Shown here: positions 26,321-35,824 of the stretch, piece by piece
Numbering within the stretch: the first letter of the stretch is position 1
How the letters are laid out: each line of letters starts with the position of its first letter
The notes under the pieces: model-generated
What the model saw: only the letters and a program-made list of their open reading frames with translations
Databases searched by the model: none
Told to the model about the DNA's origin: nothing
NCBI GenBank assembly: GCA_041661005.1
Contig: JBAZVG010000001.1
Span: forward strand, 479,515 to 543,514
DNA length: 64,000 nucleotides
Reading direction: 5' to 3'
Origin: Minisyncoccota bacterium
GTDB taxonomy: Bacteria; Patescibacteriota; Minisyncoccia; Phycocordibacterales; UBA9973
Translations under genes and position numbers: made by a program

Positions 26321-27871
26321 ATGAACAAACCAAAATATTTTCTATACGCGCGAAAGTCAACGGAAGATGACGACAAACAAGTCATGAGTATTGAAGCTCA
26401 ACTTTTTGAGCTTCGTGAATTCGCGCGTAAAGAAAATCTGCAAATTCTTGAGGAATTTACAGAATCAAAAAGCGCAAAGAAACCTGGTCGTGAAAAATTC
26501 AGCGTGATGATGGGTAAAATTGAAAGTATGGACGGTGTAGGTATTCTCGCTTGGCATCCGGATCGTTTAGCGAGAAATAGTATTGACGGTGGACGCATCA
26601 TTTACGCTGTGGACACTACCAAAATAGTTTCTTTACGCTTTCCAACATTTTGGTTTGAACCCACCCCGCAAGGGCTGTTTATGTTGCAAGTGGCGTTCGG
26701 GCAATCCAAGTATTATTCCGACAACCTCAAGCAAAATGTTGAGCGAGGAATCCGCCAAAAATTAAGACGTGGCGAATGGCTAGCCTTGGCTCCTCGTGGC
26801 TTTGTGAATAATCCAAAAACAAAAAATATTGAACCCGATCCGGTGGTGGCAAGAATAATTGTGCAAGCATATAAAGAATTCGCCACGGGAAAACATAATT
26901 TTCCAACGCTTTCAAAATTTTTGGCGGATTTAGGCATGGTCGGAAAAAATGGAACGCCACTTTACAAATCTGCCGTCAGTAATTTGCTTTCCAATAAAGC
27001 ATACATCGGTTTGGTAAAGCATAAAAATGAATGGCATGCCGGCAGTTTTACGCCAATTATTTCTCCCGATTTATTTGAAGCCGTGCAGAAACGTTTGAAA
27101 GAACGAGCAAGGCCTCGCAAAACAAAAGTTGGACACAATTTTCCTTTTACTGGACTTTTTCGTTGTGGTGAATGTAATTGTATGATTTCAGCACAATGGG
27201 CGAAAGGTCGCGGAGGTTTGTACCGGTATTATCGCTGTACGAAAAAAGCAGGAGAAAATTGTTCACAAGGATATTTGCAAGAAAAATTGCTCGTCTCTCA
27301 AGTAAAGGAACGACTTCAACAAATCGCACTTCCCGACGAATGGACCAACTGGATGCTGAAACAAACTGACACATGGGAAAAAGAAGAAAAGTTTTCGTCG
27401 GGAAGTAATCTCGGACAAATCAAAGACGATGAGCAAGTAATACAGCAAAAGCTCGACGATTTAATTACGCTTTATCTCGATGGCGATATTCCGAAAGAAA
27501 ATTATCTCGCCAAAAAGGACGAGCTTTTGCTGAAAAAAGTCTCGCTCACGAAAAAAATTGATTCTGCCCGACACGAGAGAAATAATTGGGTCGAACCCTT
27601 GCGGGAATGGATTTTAGATATGAAAAAAGGTGCCGAATTGGTTTCGTCTTCCGATTTTTACGAAATTCGTGATTATTTGAAAAAAATCGGAACGAACCCT
27701 CGGATGCACGACAAATCCGTCTCTGTCTCATTTTGCCCACCCACCGAATTCGCATTTGCGGAGAAGACGGGTTCGAAATTCGCCCACCCCCTTTCCATTA
27801 TTGCGCGCAAGCGCGCGACCGATTTTTTCGCTGAAGTTTCGTCTTGTCCGCCTGCTACGATTCGAACGTAG
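26321..27871 (+). CDS. Large serine recombinase (resolvase + recombinase + zinc ribbon + coiled coil)
   Basis: YARKST catalytic Ser, DRLARN, CGEC...YYRC...C; 3' end crosses the att core into the tRNA antisense. Confidence 0.95.
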   Translation: MNKPKYFLYARKSTEDDDKQVMSIEAQLFELREFARKENLQILEEFTESKSAKKPGREKFSVMMGKIESMDGVGILAWHPDRLARNSIDGGRIIYAVDTTKIVSLRFPTFWFEPTPQGLFMLQVAFGQSKYYSDNLKQNVERGIRQKLRRGEWLALAPRGFVNNPKTKNIEPDPVVARIIVQAYKEFATGKHNFPTLSKFLADLGMVGKNGTPLYKSAVSNLLSNKAYIGLVKHKNEWHAGSFTPIISPDLFEAVQKRLKERARPRKTKVGHNFPFTGLFRCGECNCMISAQWAKGRGGLYRYYRCTKKAGENCSQGYLQEKLLVSQVKERLQQIALPDEWTNWMLKQTDTWEKEEKFSSGSNLGQIKDDEQVIQQKLDDLITLYLDGDIPKENYLAKKDELLLKKVSLTKKIDSARHERNNWVEPLREWILDMKKGAELVSSSDFYEIRDYLKKIGTNPRMHDKSVSVSFCPPTEFAFAEKTGSKFAHPLSIIARKRATDFFAEVSSCPPATIRT

Positions 27872-27920
27872 GACCCTCTAGGTATAAGCTAGATGCTCTA
27901 ACCAACTGAGCTACAGGCGG
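27847..27920 (-). tRNA. tRNA-Ile, anticodon TAT (UAU)
   Basis: CCGCCTG/CAGGCGG acceptor, GCTC/GAGC D stem, TCTAG-CTTATAC-CTAGA, CTACG-TTCGAAT-CGTAG, A73. Confidence 0.92.
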
Positions 27921-27954
27921 ATAACTAACAATAATAACTATAAGCAAAACAAGG

Positions 27955-28635
27955 TTAAAATGCAATTTTGTGCTCATGTAATAAAACATCTTGTATGTAC
28001 TGTATACCCATCAGAACTTGAGCAGAAACAAGACCATCTTCGACGATAACTGAACACGTCCCTTGTCCAAAACCGTTAGTATAGGTAATAGAAGATAAAG
28101 TGGTTTTCTTAATATAAGGCTTTCTAAATTGCGAAATTGGAATATTGAGTGTTTTGGACCAAAAATTTATTTGCTTTTTAATATTCATATCTGAATACAG
28201 ATGTAAGTGAACTTTGAGTTTTGATCTAGGAACTCCAAAGAATTTCAGCCAACGAATAAATAAAATTAGCATCTTGGGATTTGTATTGGTGAGTGCAGTT
28301 GAAAAAGTTTTTGTTTTTGAACCCTCAGCCCAATATAAAAATAGTCCTGCAATTAAAAACTCTCTTTCAGAAATTTTACCAATTCTTTTTGCAATATTTT
28401 GATATGCAGTTTTATTTTTTGCCTCACGTTTTGCCCGCATAGTATTTCTATACTTTTCAATGCGAATAGGACTAAAATCTCTTAGTTCTCTGATTCTTTT
28501 CTCGGAAAGAGGCATATTATAAAGCCAGCCACTTAGGGTGCTCTTGCTTATACCAAGCTTTTCTTTGATTTGACTATAGCTCATTCCCTTTTGCCGCATA
28601 GCTAGTGCCTTTTGCTTATCTTCTTTTCTTGCCAT
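27955..28635 (-). CDS. HTH protein with a LAGLIDADG-like C-terminal domain
   Basis: GMSYSQIKEKLGISKSTLSGW HTH; IAGLFLYWAEGSK...TNTNP. Confidence 0.65.
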   Translation of the reverse strand: MARKEDKQKALAMRQKGMSYSQIKEKLGISKSTLSGWLYNMPLSEKRIRELRDFSPIRIEKYRNTMRAKREAKNKTAYQNIAKRIGKISEREFLIAGLFLYWAEGSKTKTFSTALTNTNPKMLILFIRWLKFFGVPRSKLKVHLHLYSDMNIKKQINFWSKTLNIPISQFRKPYIKKTTLSSITYTNGFGQGTCSVIVEDGLVSAQVLMGIQYIQDVLLHEHKIAF

Positions 28636-28854
28636 TCTTTATTTATATATGTGAACCTACGAATAATGATTACTGGTATAGTATACCATAGTTCATTTAT
28701 AGTAGTAAATGCTAGGCTTCCCTTCGGACAAACAAAGACACAATCGCTTTTTTGTCTCGTGAAAATATTGGAGCTAGAATTATGTTCGATTAGTCTTTGT
28801 TGAGCAATTTTCGCGGTATAACCAAAGCTATAACAAAATAAGGTCAAAAGGCAA

Positions 28855-29076
28855 TTAAGCCAATTTCTTGAGTTCTTCTTCATGTTTCTTCATCACTTCC
28901 ATACTCGCATCCATCTCGCTCATTCCCCCTTTTACTTTCTCTTGCACTTCTTTTGCAATAGTTTGAAAAAGCTCGGGATTTTTCTCGATCATTTTCACAA
29001 ACATATCTATCTGCGCCTCAGGCACGCCCTTCCCCCGCAACATTTTTTTAAGCAAAAAATTTTGAAACATATCCAA
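28855..29076 (-). CDS. Small hypothetical protein
   Basis: 73-aa helical ORF. Confidence 0.7.
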   Translation of the reverse strand: MDMFQNFLLKKMLRGKGVPEAQIDMFVKMIEKNPELFQTIAKEVQEKVKGGMSEMDASMEVMKKHEEELKKLA

Positions 29077-29088
29077 AAATATAACAGT

Positions 29089-29313
29089 TTAATCTTCGAT
29101 AATCAATAACTTGCTGGGGTGGTGGTGTCCGTTCACGATACGGACTTTGCTTTTGGAAACTTTAAAATGACTTGCCACCATCTCTAGAACGCGAGTATTT
29201 GCCATATTCCGCTCAGCTTTTTCTTTTACTGAAATTTCAAAATGATCTGAAGATTTTTGCTTGAAAGACTCCCTTTTCACTCCTGCTGTAACTTTTATAT
29301 GAATATAGAACAT
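29089..29313 (-). CDS. DUF167/YggU family protein
   Basis: SVKEKAERNMAN, VRIVNGH..PSK. Confidence 0.85.
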   Translation of the reverse strand: MFYIHIKVTAGVKRESFKQKSSDHFEISVKEKAERNMANTRVLEMVASHFKVSKSKVRIVNGHHHPSKLLIIED

Positions 29314-29439
29314 TTAATTACACCAACTTCTTAAACTCCCTTTCATGTTTCTTCATCATTTGTATGCTGGCAAGAGTATATCATATTTTTTCTCCATTTC
29401 CACAAAACAAAATAGAGGGCCTCCGCGTTGGAAGACCCC

Positions 29440-29901
29440 CTATAAAATCAGATGACCGAAGAAGTACCCGAGGAGCATGCACACCAGGTATATCACTAAA
29501 GTCCACACCACGATGATGCGCATGAATTTCGGAAGTGACATTTTCGTCATGCCAGCTACGATGATTACCGGTTTTGATCCGACAAGAACCTTTGATGCGA
29601 CAATTGCTCTAGGGAGATTTTTGTTCCATTCACCTTTAAACTGACCAATTCTGTCGCGCCAACTCTTTCTGATGAAGAAACTACACACCCTGTTTCCGAC
29701 ACGCCCGACAAAATAGTAGAACATGTCGCCTAAAACTCCCATCGTGACAAATATGCTATATGCCACAATTGGATTGACGTAACCTTGAGCTACAAAGGCT
29801 CCGACGGCTATTGCCGTGAGCCGACCCTCAATCACAGAAAACGTGATTATGGTCCAGTAAGGATGGGCTTTTATGCCCTCCAACAGACTAATATAATCCA
29901 C
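29440..29901 (-). CDS. DedA/VTT-family membrane protein
   Basis: GD..YY..GR, AGM.KM...KF, LGY.FG. Confidence 0.75.
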   Translation of the reverse strand: MDYISLLEGIKAHPYWTIITFSVIEGRLTAIAVGAFVAQGYVNPIVAYSIFVTMGVLGDMFYYFVGRVGNRVCSFFIRKSWRDRIGQFKGEWNKNLPRAIVASKVLVGSKPVIIVAGMTKMSLPKFMRIIVVWTLVIYLVCMLLGYFFGHLIL

Positions 29902-29975
29902 AAATTCCTTTCGTTTCGCTTGGTTTGGGTACTGATCACAAGGAGTTTAGCATAGTTTGTGCTAAAATTATAACC

Positions 29976-30623
29976 ATGGCAAAAAAATTAATATATTTTG
30001 TGCGACATGGAGAAACGGAAAATAATGCCAAAAATATCAGACAGGGGTCGGAAGGTCCCCTGAGTGAGAAAGGCAGAGCTCAAGCGCTAGAAACAGCAAA
30101 AAGATTTCCTAAAAATAAAGGATGCCCGCAAGCCATAATCGCGAGCCCGTATGAACGCACCAAGGAAACTGCCGGAATTATAGGAAAAGAGCTCAATATG
30201 AATGTGGAATATTCCGATCTTCTAATGGAGAGGAGGAATCCGACAGACATAATCGGTCACGAAGGAAAAGAAAGGAATGTGAGACAAATCGTAGATTATA
30301 TCGATAACAGCTTCCATGATGACAACTTGCGATACGCGGATGAAGAGAATTTTGTCGATCTAAAAGAGCGGGCAAAAAAATTGTTAGCCTATATCTTGGA
30401 AAGACCGGAAGAAAGAATGATAATGGTAACACATAAAATATTTTTAAGAATGGTAGTTTCCTATATGCTCCTCGGAGAAAAACTCACCGCTTCAGAATAC
30501 AATAATCTGAGCTACTTAAACCCGATAAACAATGCCAGCATGGCTATCTGTTCATGCACCACTCACTTCTTCAAAGAGCCGGAGTGGAAACTCTTGATTT
30601 GGAATGATCTTGAAGAAAAATAG
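29976..30623 (+). CDS. Histidine phosphatase family
   Basis: FVRHGETENN, ASPYER..ETA, MVTH; start revised to MAKKL. Confidence 0.9.
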   Translation: MAKKLIYFVRHGETENNAKNIRQGSEGPLSEKGRAQALETAKRFPKNKGCPQAIIASPYERTKETAGIIGKELNMNVEYSDLLMERRNPTDIIGHEGKERNVRQIVDYIDNSFHDDNLRYADEENFVDLKERAKKLLAYILERPEERMIMVTHKIFLRMVVSYMLLGEKLTASEYNNLSYLNPINNASMAICSCTTHFFKEPEWKLLIWNDLEEK

Positions 30624-30627
30624 TTTT

Positions 30628-31596
30628 CTATTCACTTATCCCACACTTTGCTTTGAGTGCATCTAGATCTGTTTTTGTTAGATTAACGCTTGTGCCTTGA
30701 TTTAGCTCATACATAATCGCTTTTGGATCATCCACATGTTCAAGGTCAAGAGCGTGACCCAATTCATGCGTGAGCACCCATATAAGATTGGATCTATTTC
30801 TAAATTCAAAAATATCTATTCCCTTACTTGATCCATCAGAATAATAAACCCCTTCGGTAAAAGATTCCCCGCGTGAAGCGCCGACTGTATTATATTTTTC
30901 GACAGAGAGATTGAGTGTGCCCACAAGGCGATTCAAGGCTACAACAAGCGCATTTATCTCTTCCACCATCTCACCCATTTTATTGTGTAAAGTTTGCAAT
31001 TGAGATGATTCTCTTTCCAAAACACTTTTCTCTACTTGAAGCTGTTCATATTCTTTTTTAGGCGCCCCGCCTCGCGCGTTCCAATATTCCACTTGTCCCT
31101 CATAAACTTTCTGTTTTTGATTAAAATCCTGCACGCGAGCATTGTAATCCACCCCCTCTACTTCAAGTTCCGCTTTTAACTCTGTAAATTTTATTTTCAG
31201 ACTGTCATATGAGGCCTGATTGTCTTTCATAGTAATTCCCAAACTCTCAAGTTTGTTCGTTGCCTGTTGGCGATAATCATAGACGAGATTGATCTTCAAA
31301 CTATCAACATTTTCGCTATCTTCTTCATATTCAAAGAGTTCTTTTCCCAAAGGCTTTTCCCACATTTTTTCAGCATCCAAGAGGGCGTTTAAAAAATATT
31401 CTCGTGAAATATTAAACCGCGTATCAAAATCGCCCAAAGTGTACATTATGGGCTCTGCGCAAGGAACCTGGGGAAAAATATATGATTCAACCATATACCA
31501 AAGTGGCATGAGTCCCCCGCGAAGCGGGAGGCGGAATTGATACGCCAAGGCTCCGAGGATGAGGAGAGGAAACAAAATTTTTAAAATTCTTTTCAT
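30628..31596 (-). CDS. Matrixin-family zinc metalloprotease with coiled coil
   Basis: HELGHALDLEH..D..AIM. Confidence 0.88.
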   Translation of the reverse strand: MKRILKILFPLLILGALAYQFRLPLRGGLMPLWYMVESYIFPQVPCAEPIMYTLGDFDTRFNISREYFLNALLDAEKMWEKPLGKELFEYEEDSENVDSLKINLVYDYRQQATNKLESLGITMKDNQASYDSLKIKFTELKAELEVEGVDYNARVQDFNQKQKVYEGQVEYWNARGGAPKKEYEQLQVEKSVLERESSQLQTLHNKMGEMVEEINALVVALNRLVGTLNLSVEKYNTVGASRGESFTEGVYYSDGSSKGIDIFEFRNRSNLIWVLTHELGHALDLEHVDDPKAIMYELNQGTSVNLTKTDLDALKAKCGISE

Positions 31597-31662
31597 ACTC
31601 ACAAATGATACTATAGAAAAAGGCAATTTGCATTTTGGTCTTTATTGTGCGATAATAGCTTT

Positions 31663-31896
31663 ATGAGTTCAGTAGTGCAAATTCTACCATATATAGAGAT
31701 AATCCTTTCAGTAATATTGGTGACAGCAATTTTGCTTCAACAGTCTAGCGCCGGAGTAGGAGGGGCTTTGGGTGGAAACGACAGCGGGGGGTTTCATCAC
31801 ACTCGCCGGGGTTTTGAGAAATTTCTCTTTTATTTATCTATCGTCTGTGGAGTTCTCTTTGCTTTATTTGCATTGCTAAGTATAATTAGTAAGTGA
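31663..31896 (+). CDS. secG: Preprotein translocase SecG
   Basis: ILLQQSSAGVGGALGG, TRRG.EK, two TM helices. Confidence 0.92.
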   Translation: MSSVVQILPYIEIILSVILVTAILLQQSSAGVGGALGGNDSGGFHHTRRGFEKFLFYLSIVCGVLFALFALLSIISK

Positions 31897-32016
31897 GAAA
31901 GGAATGACAAGCTCGCTTCACTATCCTAGAGTGAACAAGCTGATTATGTTACAATCCAGCTATATAATGACAGAGGCTAATAGCTAGTTTTTGATCTCAC
32001 TCTAGACAATTACCGT

Positions 32017-33744
32017 ATGCGTAATTTTAAATTACCTTCAAAAGCACAAATCAATACAGTTTTTCATTCTTTCTCTCAAAAAGAGCGAACAGTTTTCGTG
32101 ATACTTTTATTGATACTGCTCTTAAGTACAATATCCATACTCCAAAGTATCAATACATCTCTCATGGTACAAGTACCCCTAAAAGGAGGCTCTGTCTCCG
32201 AAGGTATTGTCGGAGTTCCACGTTTTATAAACCCAGTACTTGCAAATTCTCAAGCTGATCTAGATCTAATCTCACTCATTTATTCCGGTCTTATGAGAAA
32301 AGACAGCAACGGAAATTTAATTCTAGATTTGGCAGAAAAATATGAAAGATCAGAGAATGGCTTGATTTACACTTTTACCTTGAAAAACAATTTATACTTC
32401 CATGATGGGAAACCCCTCACTGCGGACGATGTCCTGTTCACCGTAAACAAAGTCAAAGACGGGGTCATCGAGAGTCCACACAAAATACATTGGGATGGTG
32501 TGACTGTCGAAAAGATAGATCAAAAGACCGTTAAATTTATTTTAAAACAACCCTATGCTTCATTCTTAAAAAATACCACGCTTGGAATAATGCCCGCACA
32601 TTTATGGGACAACACTCCCCTCGAACTCAATGACACAAACACAAACCCTATCGGATCAGGACCTTACAAAGTAAGTTCAGTGAGCAAGCAATCGTCAGGA
32701 ATAATAGACTACTTCGAGCTCGTGCCATTTGAAGAATTTACATTGGGTGAACCGTATATTGAAAAAATAAATTTACATTTTTACCAAAATGAAGACGATC
32801 TCGTCAAAGCCCTCGGAGATAAAAAGGTAGATCAGATAAGCTCTATTACCCCACTAAATGCGGAGACTTTAAAAGAAAAAAACTACCAAATTGAATCCTC
32901 AGTGCTTCCCAGAATATTCGGACTTTTTTTCAATCAAAACCAGAACCAGCTTTTTGTGGATAAAAATATAGTCAAAGCTATTGGAGAGGTTATAGACAAA
33001 GATAGGATCGTCAAAGAAGTGCTTTTAGGATACGGAACTGCAATTGATAGCCCAATACCGCCAAATATGATGGAATACAAAAAAACAGTGAGCAATAGTC
33101 TCTCACGCCAAGAGTTACTGCAAAAAGTGAAAAATGACTTGTCAAAAGACGGATGGAAGGCTGGCGCAGATGGATTTTTAGAAAAGACAACCACAGATAA
33201 AAAAAAGAAAACAACGATAAAATTGGAATTCTCCTTATCAACGAGCAACATCGGAGAACTTTCGAAAACAGCTGAATTGATAAAACAAGATTTGGCGGAT
33301 GTCGGCATAAAAGTTGAGATAAAAACTTTTGAAACCGGGAATCTGAGTCAGAATGTGATTCGCCCGCGTAAATATGACACTCTTTTGTTTGGAGAGATAA
33401 TCAATCACGAATCTGATCTCTTTGCTTTTTGGCACTCTTCGCAGAGAAAAGACCCAGGGCTCAACATCGCCATGTATACCAATGCAAAAGTAGATAAAAT
33501 TTTAGAAGACGCCTCTGTTACGATAGACGAAGAATCTCGAATCAAAAAATACACCCAATTTTCTGAAGAAATAAAAAAAGACATGCCAGCAATCTTTTTA
33601 TACAGCCCTGATTTCATATACACAGCATCGAAAAATCTTAAAAGTTTTAAAATGGATCAAATTATTTCATCTTCAGATCGTTATTTAAATGCATATTTAT
33701 GGTATGCTCGAACGGAAAACGTCTGGAAAATATTTGCTAAATAA
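32017..33744 (+). CDS. Family 5 ABC substrate-binding protein (OppA/DppA-like)
   Basis: YTFTLK...FHDGKPLTADDV.FT, PIGSGPYK. Confidence 0.92.
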   Translation: MRNFKLPSKAQINTVFHSFSQKERTVFVILLLILLLSTISILQSINTSLMVQVPLKGGSVSEGIVGVPRFINPVLANSQADLDLISLIYSGLMRKDSNGNLILDLAEKYERSENGLIYTFTLKNNLYFHDGKPLTADDVLFTVNKVKDGVIESPHKIHWDGVTVEKIDQKTVKFILKQPYASFLKNTTLGIMPAHLWDNTPLELNDTNTNPIGSGPYKVSSVSKQSSGIIDYFELVPFEEFTLGEPYIEKINLHFYQNEDDLVKALGDKKVDQISSITPLNAETLKEKNYQIESSVLPRIFGLFFNQNQNQLFVDKNIVKAIGEVIDKDRIVKEVLLGYGTAIDSPIPPNMMEYKKTVSNSLSRQELLQKVKNDLSKDGWKAGADGFLEKTTTDKKKKTTIKLEFSLSTSNIGELSKTAELIKQDLADVGIKVEIKTFETGNLSQNVIRPRKYDTLLFGEIINHESDLFAFWHSSQRKDPGLNIAMYTNAKVDKILEDASVTIDEESRIKKYTQFSEEIKKDMPAIFLYSPDFIYTASKNLKSFKMDQIISSSDRYLNAYLWYARTENVWKIFAK

Positions 33745-33810
33745 TTATCATTAACTCCAACCTAAAATTGGATTCCCGATCAAAAACATCGGAGCGAGAA
33801 AATAAATAAA

Positions 33811-35814
33811 ATGACAAAGAGACATAGACTATCTTTCAGCGCCATAAGTGTTGACAGTAAAACCAAAGAACAGAAGACTCCTCTAAATCCAGCGCACTCT
33901 GGCGCTAGCGAATCTGCGAGGGCAAATGTTCAATCAAACACGGAACACAAACCACTTGATCGAAAAAAATTGATAAAGAGCTCAACTTATCAGTATTCCA
34001 AAAAAAGATTCGGGTCAGGAGGAAAATCCTCCAGATTCAGCGTAAAAAACCAATTCAAATCGGACACTAAATCAAGTGTGAAAATCCCCTCACCGGAAAA
34101 AGGAGTAATTCGCGTTATCCCGCTTGGGGGCGTGGAAGAAATTGGTAAAAATATGACAGCCATCGAAATCGGAGAGGACATCATCGTCATTGACGCTGGT
34201 ATGCACTTCTCGACTGAAGCGACCCCCGGGGTTGATTATGTTATCCCAAATACTACCTATCTTGAAGAAAGAAAAGACAAGATACGCGCGCTCATCATAA
34301 CTCATGGACATTTGGACCACATCGGAGGCGTGCCACTCGTGCTTTCGCGTATTGGGAATCCTCCCGTATATTCTAGAAAACTCTCTGTTTTGATGATGAG
34401 AAAGCGTCAAGCAGAGTTTCCGCACTTGCCGGCTATGAAAGAAAATATAGTTGAAAAAGATTCTGTCATCACCTGCGGGAAAATAAAAATCAGGTTCTTT
34501 GGTGTAACGCATACCATTCCTGATAGCATGGGCATAATCATAGAAACAGAAAATGGATGGATTGTTACTCCGGGAGATTATAAACTCGACCAAGTGGACG
34601 GAATTGTTTCAAAAGAAGAAGAGAAAGAATATTCAATTTTTGATAAAGCCAAAGTTCTTCTTTTAATGACTGATTCCACGAATATTGAAAATGAAGGCTT
34701 CTCCTTGCCTGAAATAAAAGTGCACCAGGGACTTGAGAATTTGATAAGAAAAGTGAGCGGTCGGATAATTATCGCCGCTTTTGCCTCGCACATCACTAGA
34801 TTGGCTTACGTGGTGAAATTTGCCGAGTCTATAGGTAAAAAAATAGCAATCGATGGACGTTCGATGAAAACAAACATTGACGTAGCGATAGAAGCCGGGC
34901 TGTTTGAACCAAAAAAAGGAACAATCATACCGATAGAAGAAGCAAATAATTATCCACCTAATAAGATCGTAGTTCTCATGACAGGAGCGCAAGGAGAAGA
35001 ATTTGCTTCGCTTAATCGTGTAGCTAACAAAACCCACACAAAATTTTCTCTCCAGAAAGGCGACACTATCATCCTCTCTGCTTCCATCGTCCCGGGCAAT
35101 GAAAGAGCAGTAGAAAAAATGAAGGATGGTTTGACCAGACAAGGCGTACGCATCATTAGTTACCGCACAGCTGGTGAGGATTTTGTTCATGCGACAGGAC
35201 ACGGGAATATTGAAGATGTAAAATGGCTACACAGAAAAACACATCCAAAATTCTTTATCCCAATACATGGCAACCATTACCGCTTGGTGCTTCATAAAGA
35301 ACTCGCCATGGACATCGGAATGAGTGAAGAAAACATCGTCGTTCCAGACAATGGTTCAATTATTGAGATATCTGCCAATGGACAAAAGATATTGATGCGT
35401 AAAGAAAAAGCTCCGAGCGGAGCAATGATGGTGGACGGCACTTCTATCAGCGACACGCAAGACGTCGTCATCCGCGACCGTGTGATGCTCGCGCAAGATG
35501 GAATGTTTGTCATTATCGCGCTTATTGATCAAAAAACCGGAAAATTAAAAAAATCTCCTGACTTGATTTCTCGCGGATTTGTCTATCTAAAAGAAAACCA
35601 AGAACTCTTGCGTCAAGTGAGAATCATCATTAAGAAATCAGTGGAAGATACCGCTACAAAAAGACCCATCCATGGAACAAGTGGGTTAGATACTGGAAGC
35701 AGTCCAACAGACTTTGACCATATAAAAAGTAATTTAGGAGAAACAGTCTCAAAATTCTTATATCAGAAAACCGAAAAAAGGCCCCTGGTCATACCTGTAA
35801 TATTAAGCGTATAA
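33811..35814 (+). CDS. rnj: Ribonuclease J
   Basis: PLGGVEEIGKNM, THGHLDHIG, DSTN, HATGH, PIHG. Confidence 0.96.
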   Translation: MTKRHRLSFSAISVDSKTKEQKTPLNPAHSGASESARANVQSNTEHKPLDRKKLIKSSTYQYSKKRFGSGGKSSRFSVKNQFKSDTKSSVKIPSPEKGVIRVIPLGGVEEIGKNMTAIEIGEDIIVIDAGMHFSTEATPGVDYVIPNTTYLEERKDKIRALIITHGHLDHIGGVPLVLSRIGNPPVYSRKLSVLMMRKRQAEFPHLPAMKENIVEKDSVITCGKIKIRFFGVTHTIPDSMGIIIETENGWIVTPGDYKLDQVDGIVSKEEEKEYSIFDKAKVLLLMTDSTNIENEGFSLPEIKVHQGLENLIRKVSGRIIIAAFASHITRLAYVVKFAESIGKKIAIDGRSMKTNIDVAIEAGLFEPKKGTIIPIEEANNYPPNKIVVLMTGAQGEEFASLNRVANKTHTKFSLQKGDTIILSASIVPGNERAVEKMKDGLTRQGVRIISYRTAGEDFVHATGHGNIEDVKWLHRKTHPKFFIPIHGNHYRLVLHKELAMDIGMSEENIVVPDNGSIIEISANGQKILMRKEKAPSGAMMVDGTSISDTQDVVIRDRVMLAQDGMFVIIALIDQKTGKLKKSPDLISRGFVYLKENQELLRQVRIIIKKSVEDTATKRPIHGTSGLDTGSSPTDFDHIKSNLGETVSKFLYQKTEKRPLVIPVILSV

Positions 35815-35824
35815 AATAACAAAA

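Larger units (their letters stand above)
14217..27849. mobile_element. Integrative element in tRNA-Ile(UAU) 3' end, mobilised by a large serine recombinase
   Basis: TCTTGTCC direct repeat at 14217-14224 and 27842-27849 (overlapping the tRNA 3' end); recombinase at the right end; accessory cargo. Confidence 0.85.

Noticed and set aside
14217-27849. Prophage
   Set aside because: No capsid, terminase, tail or replication genes recognised
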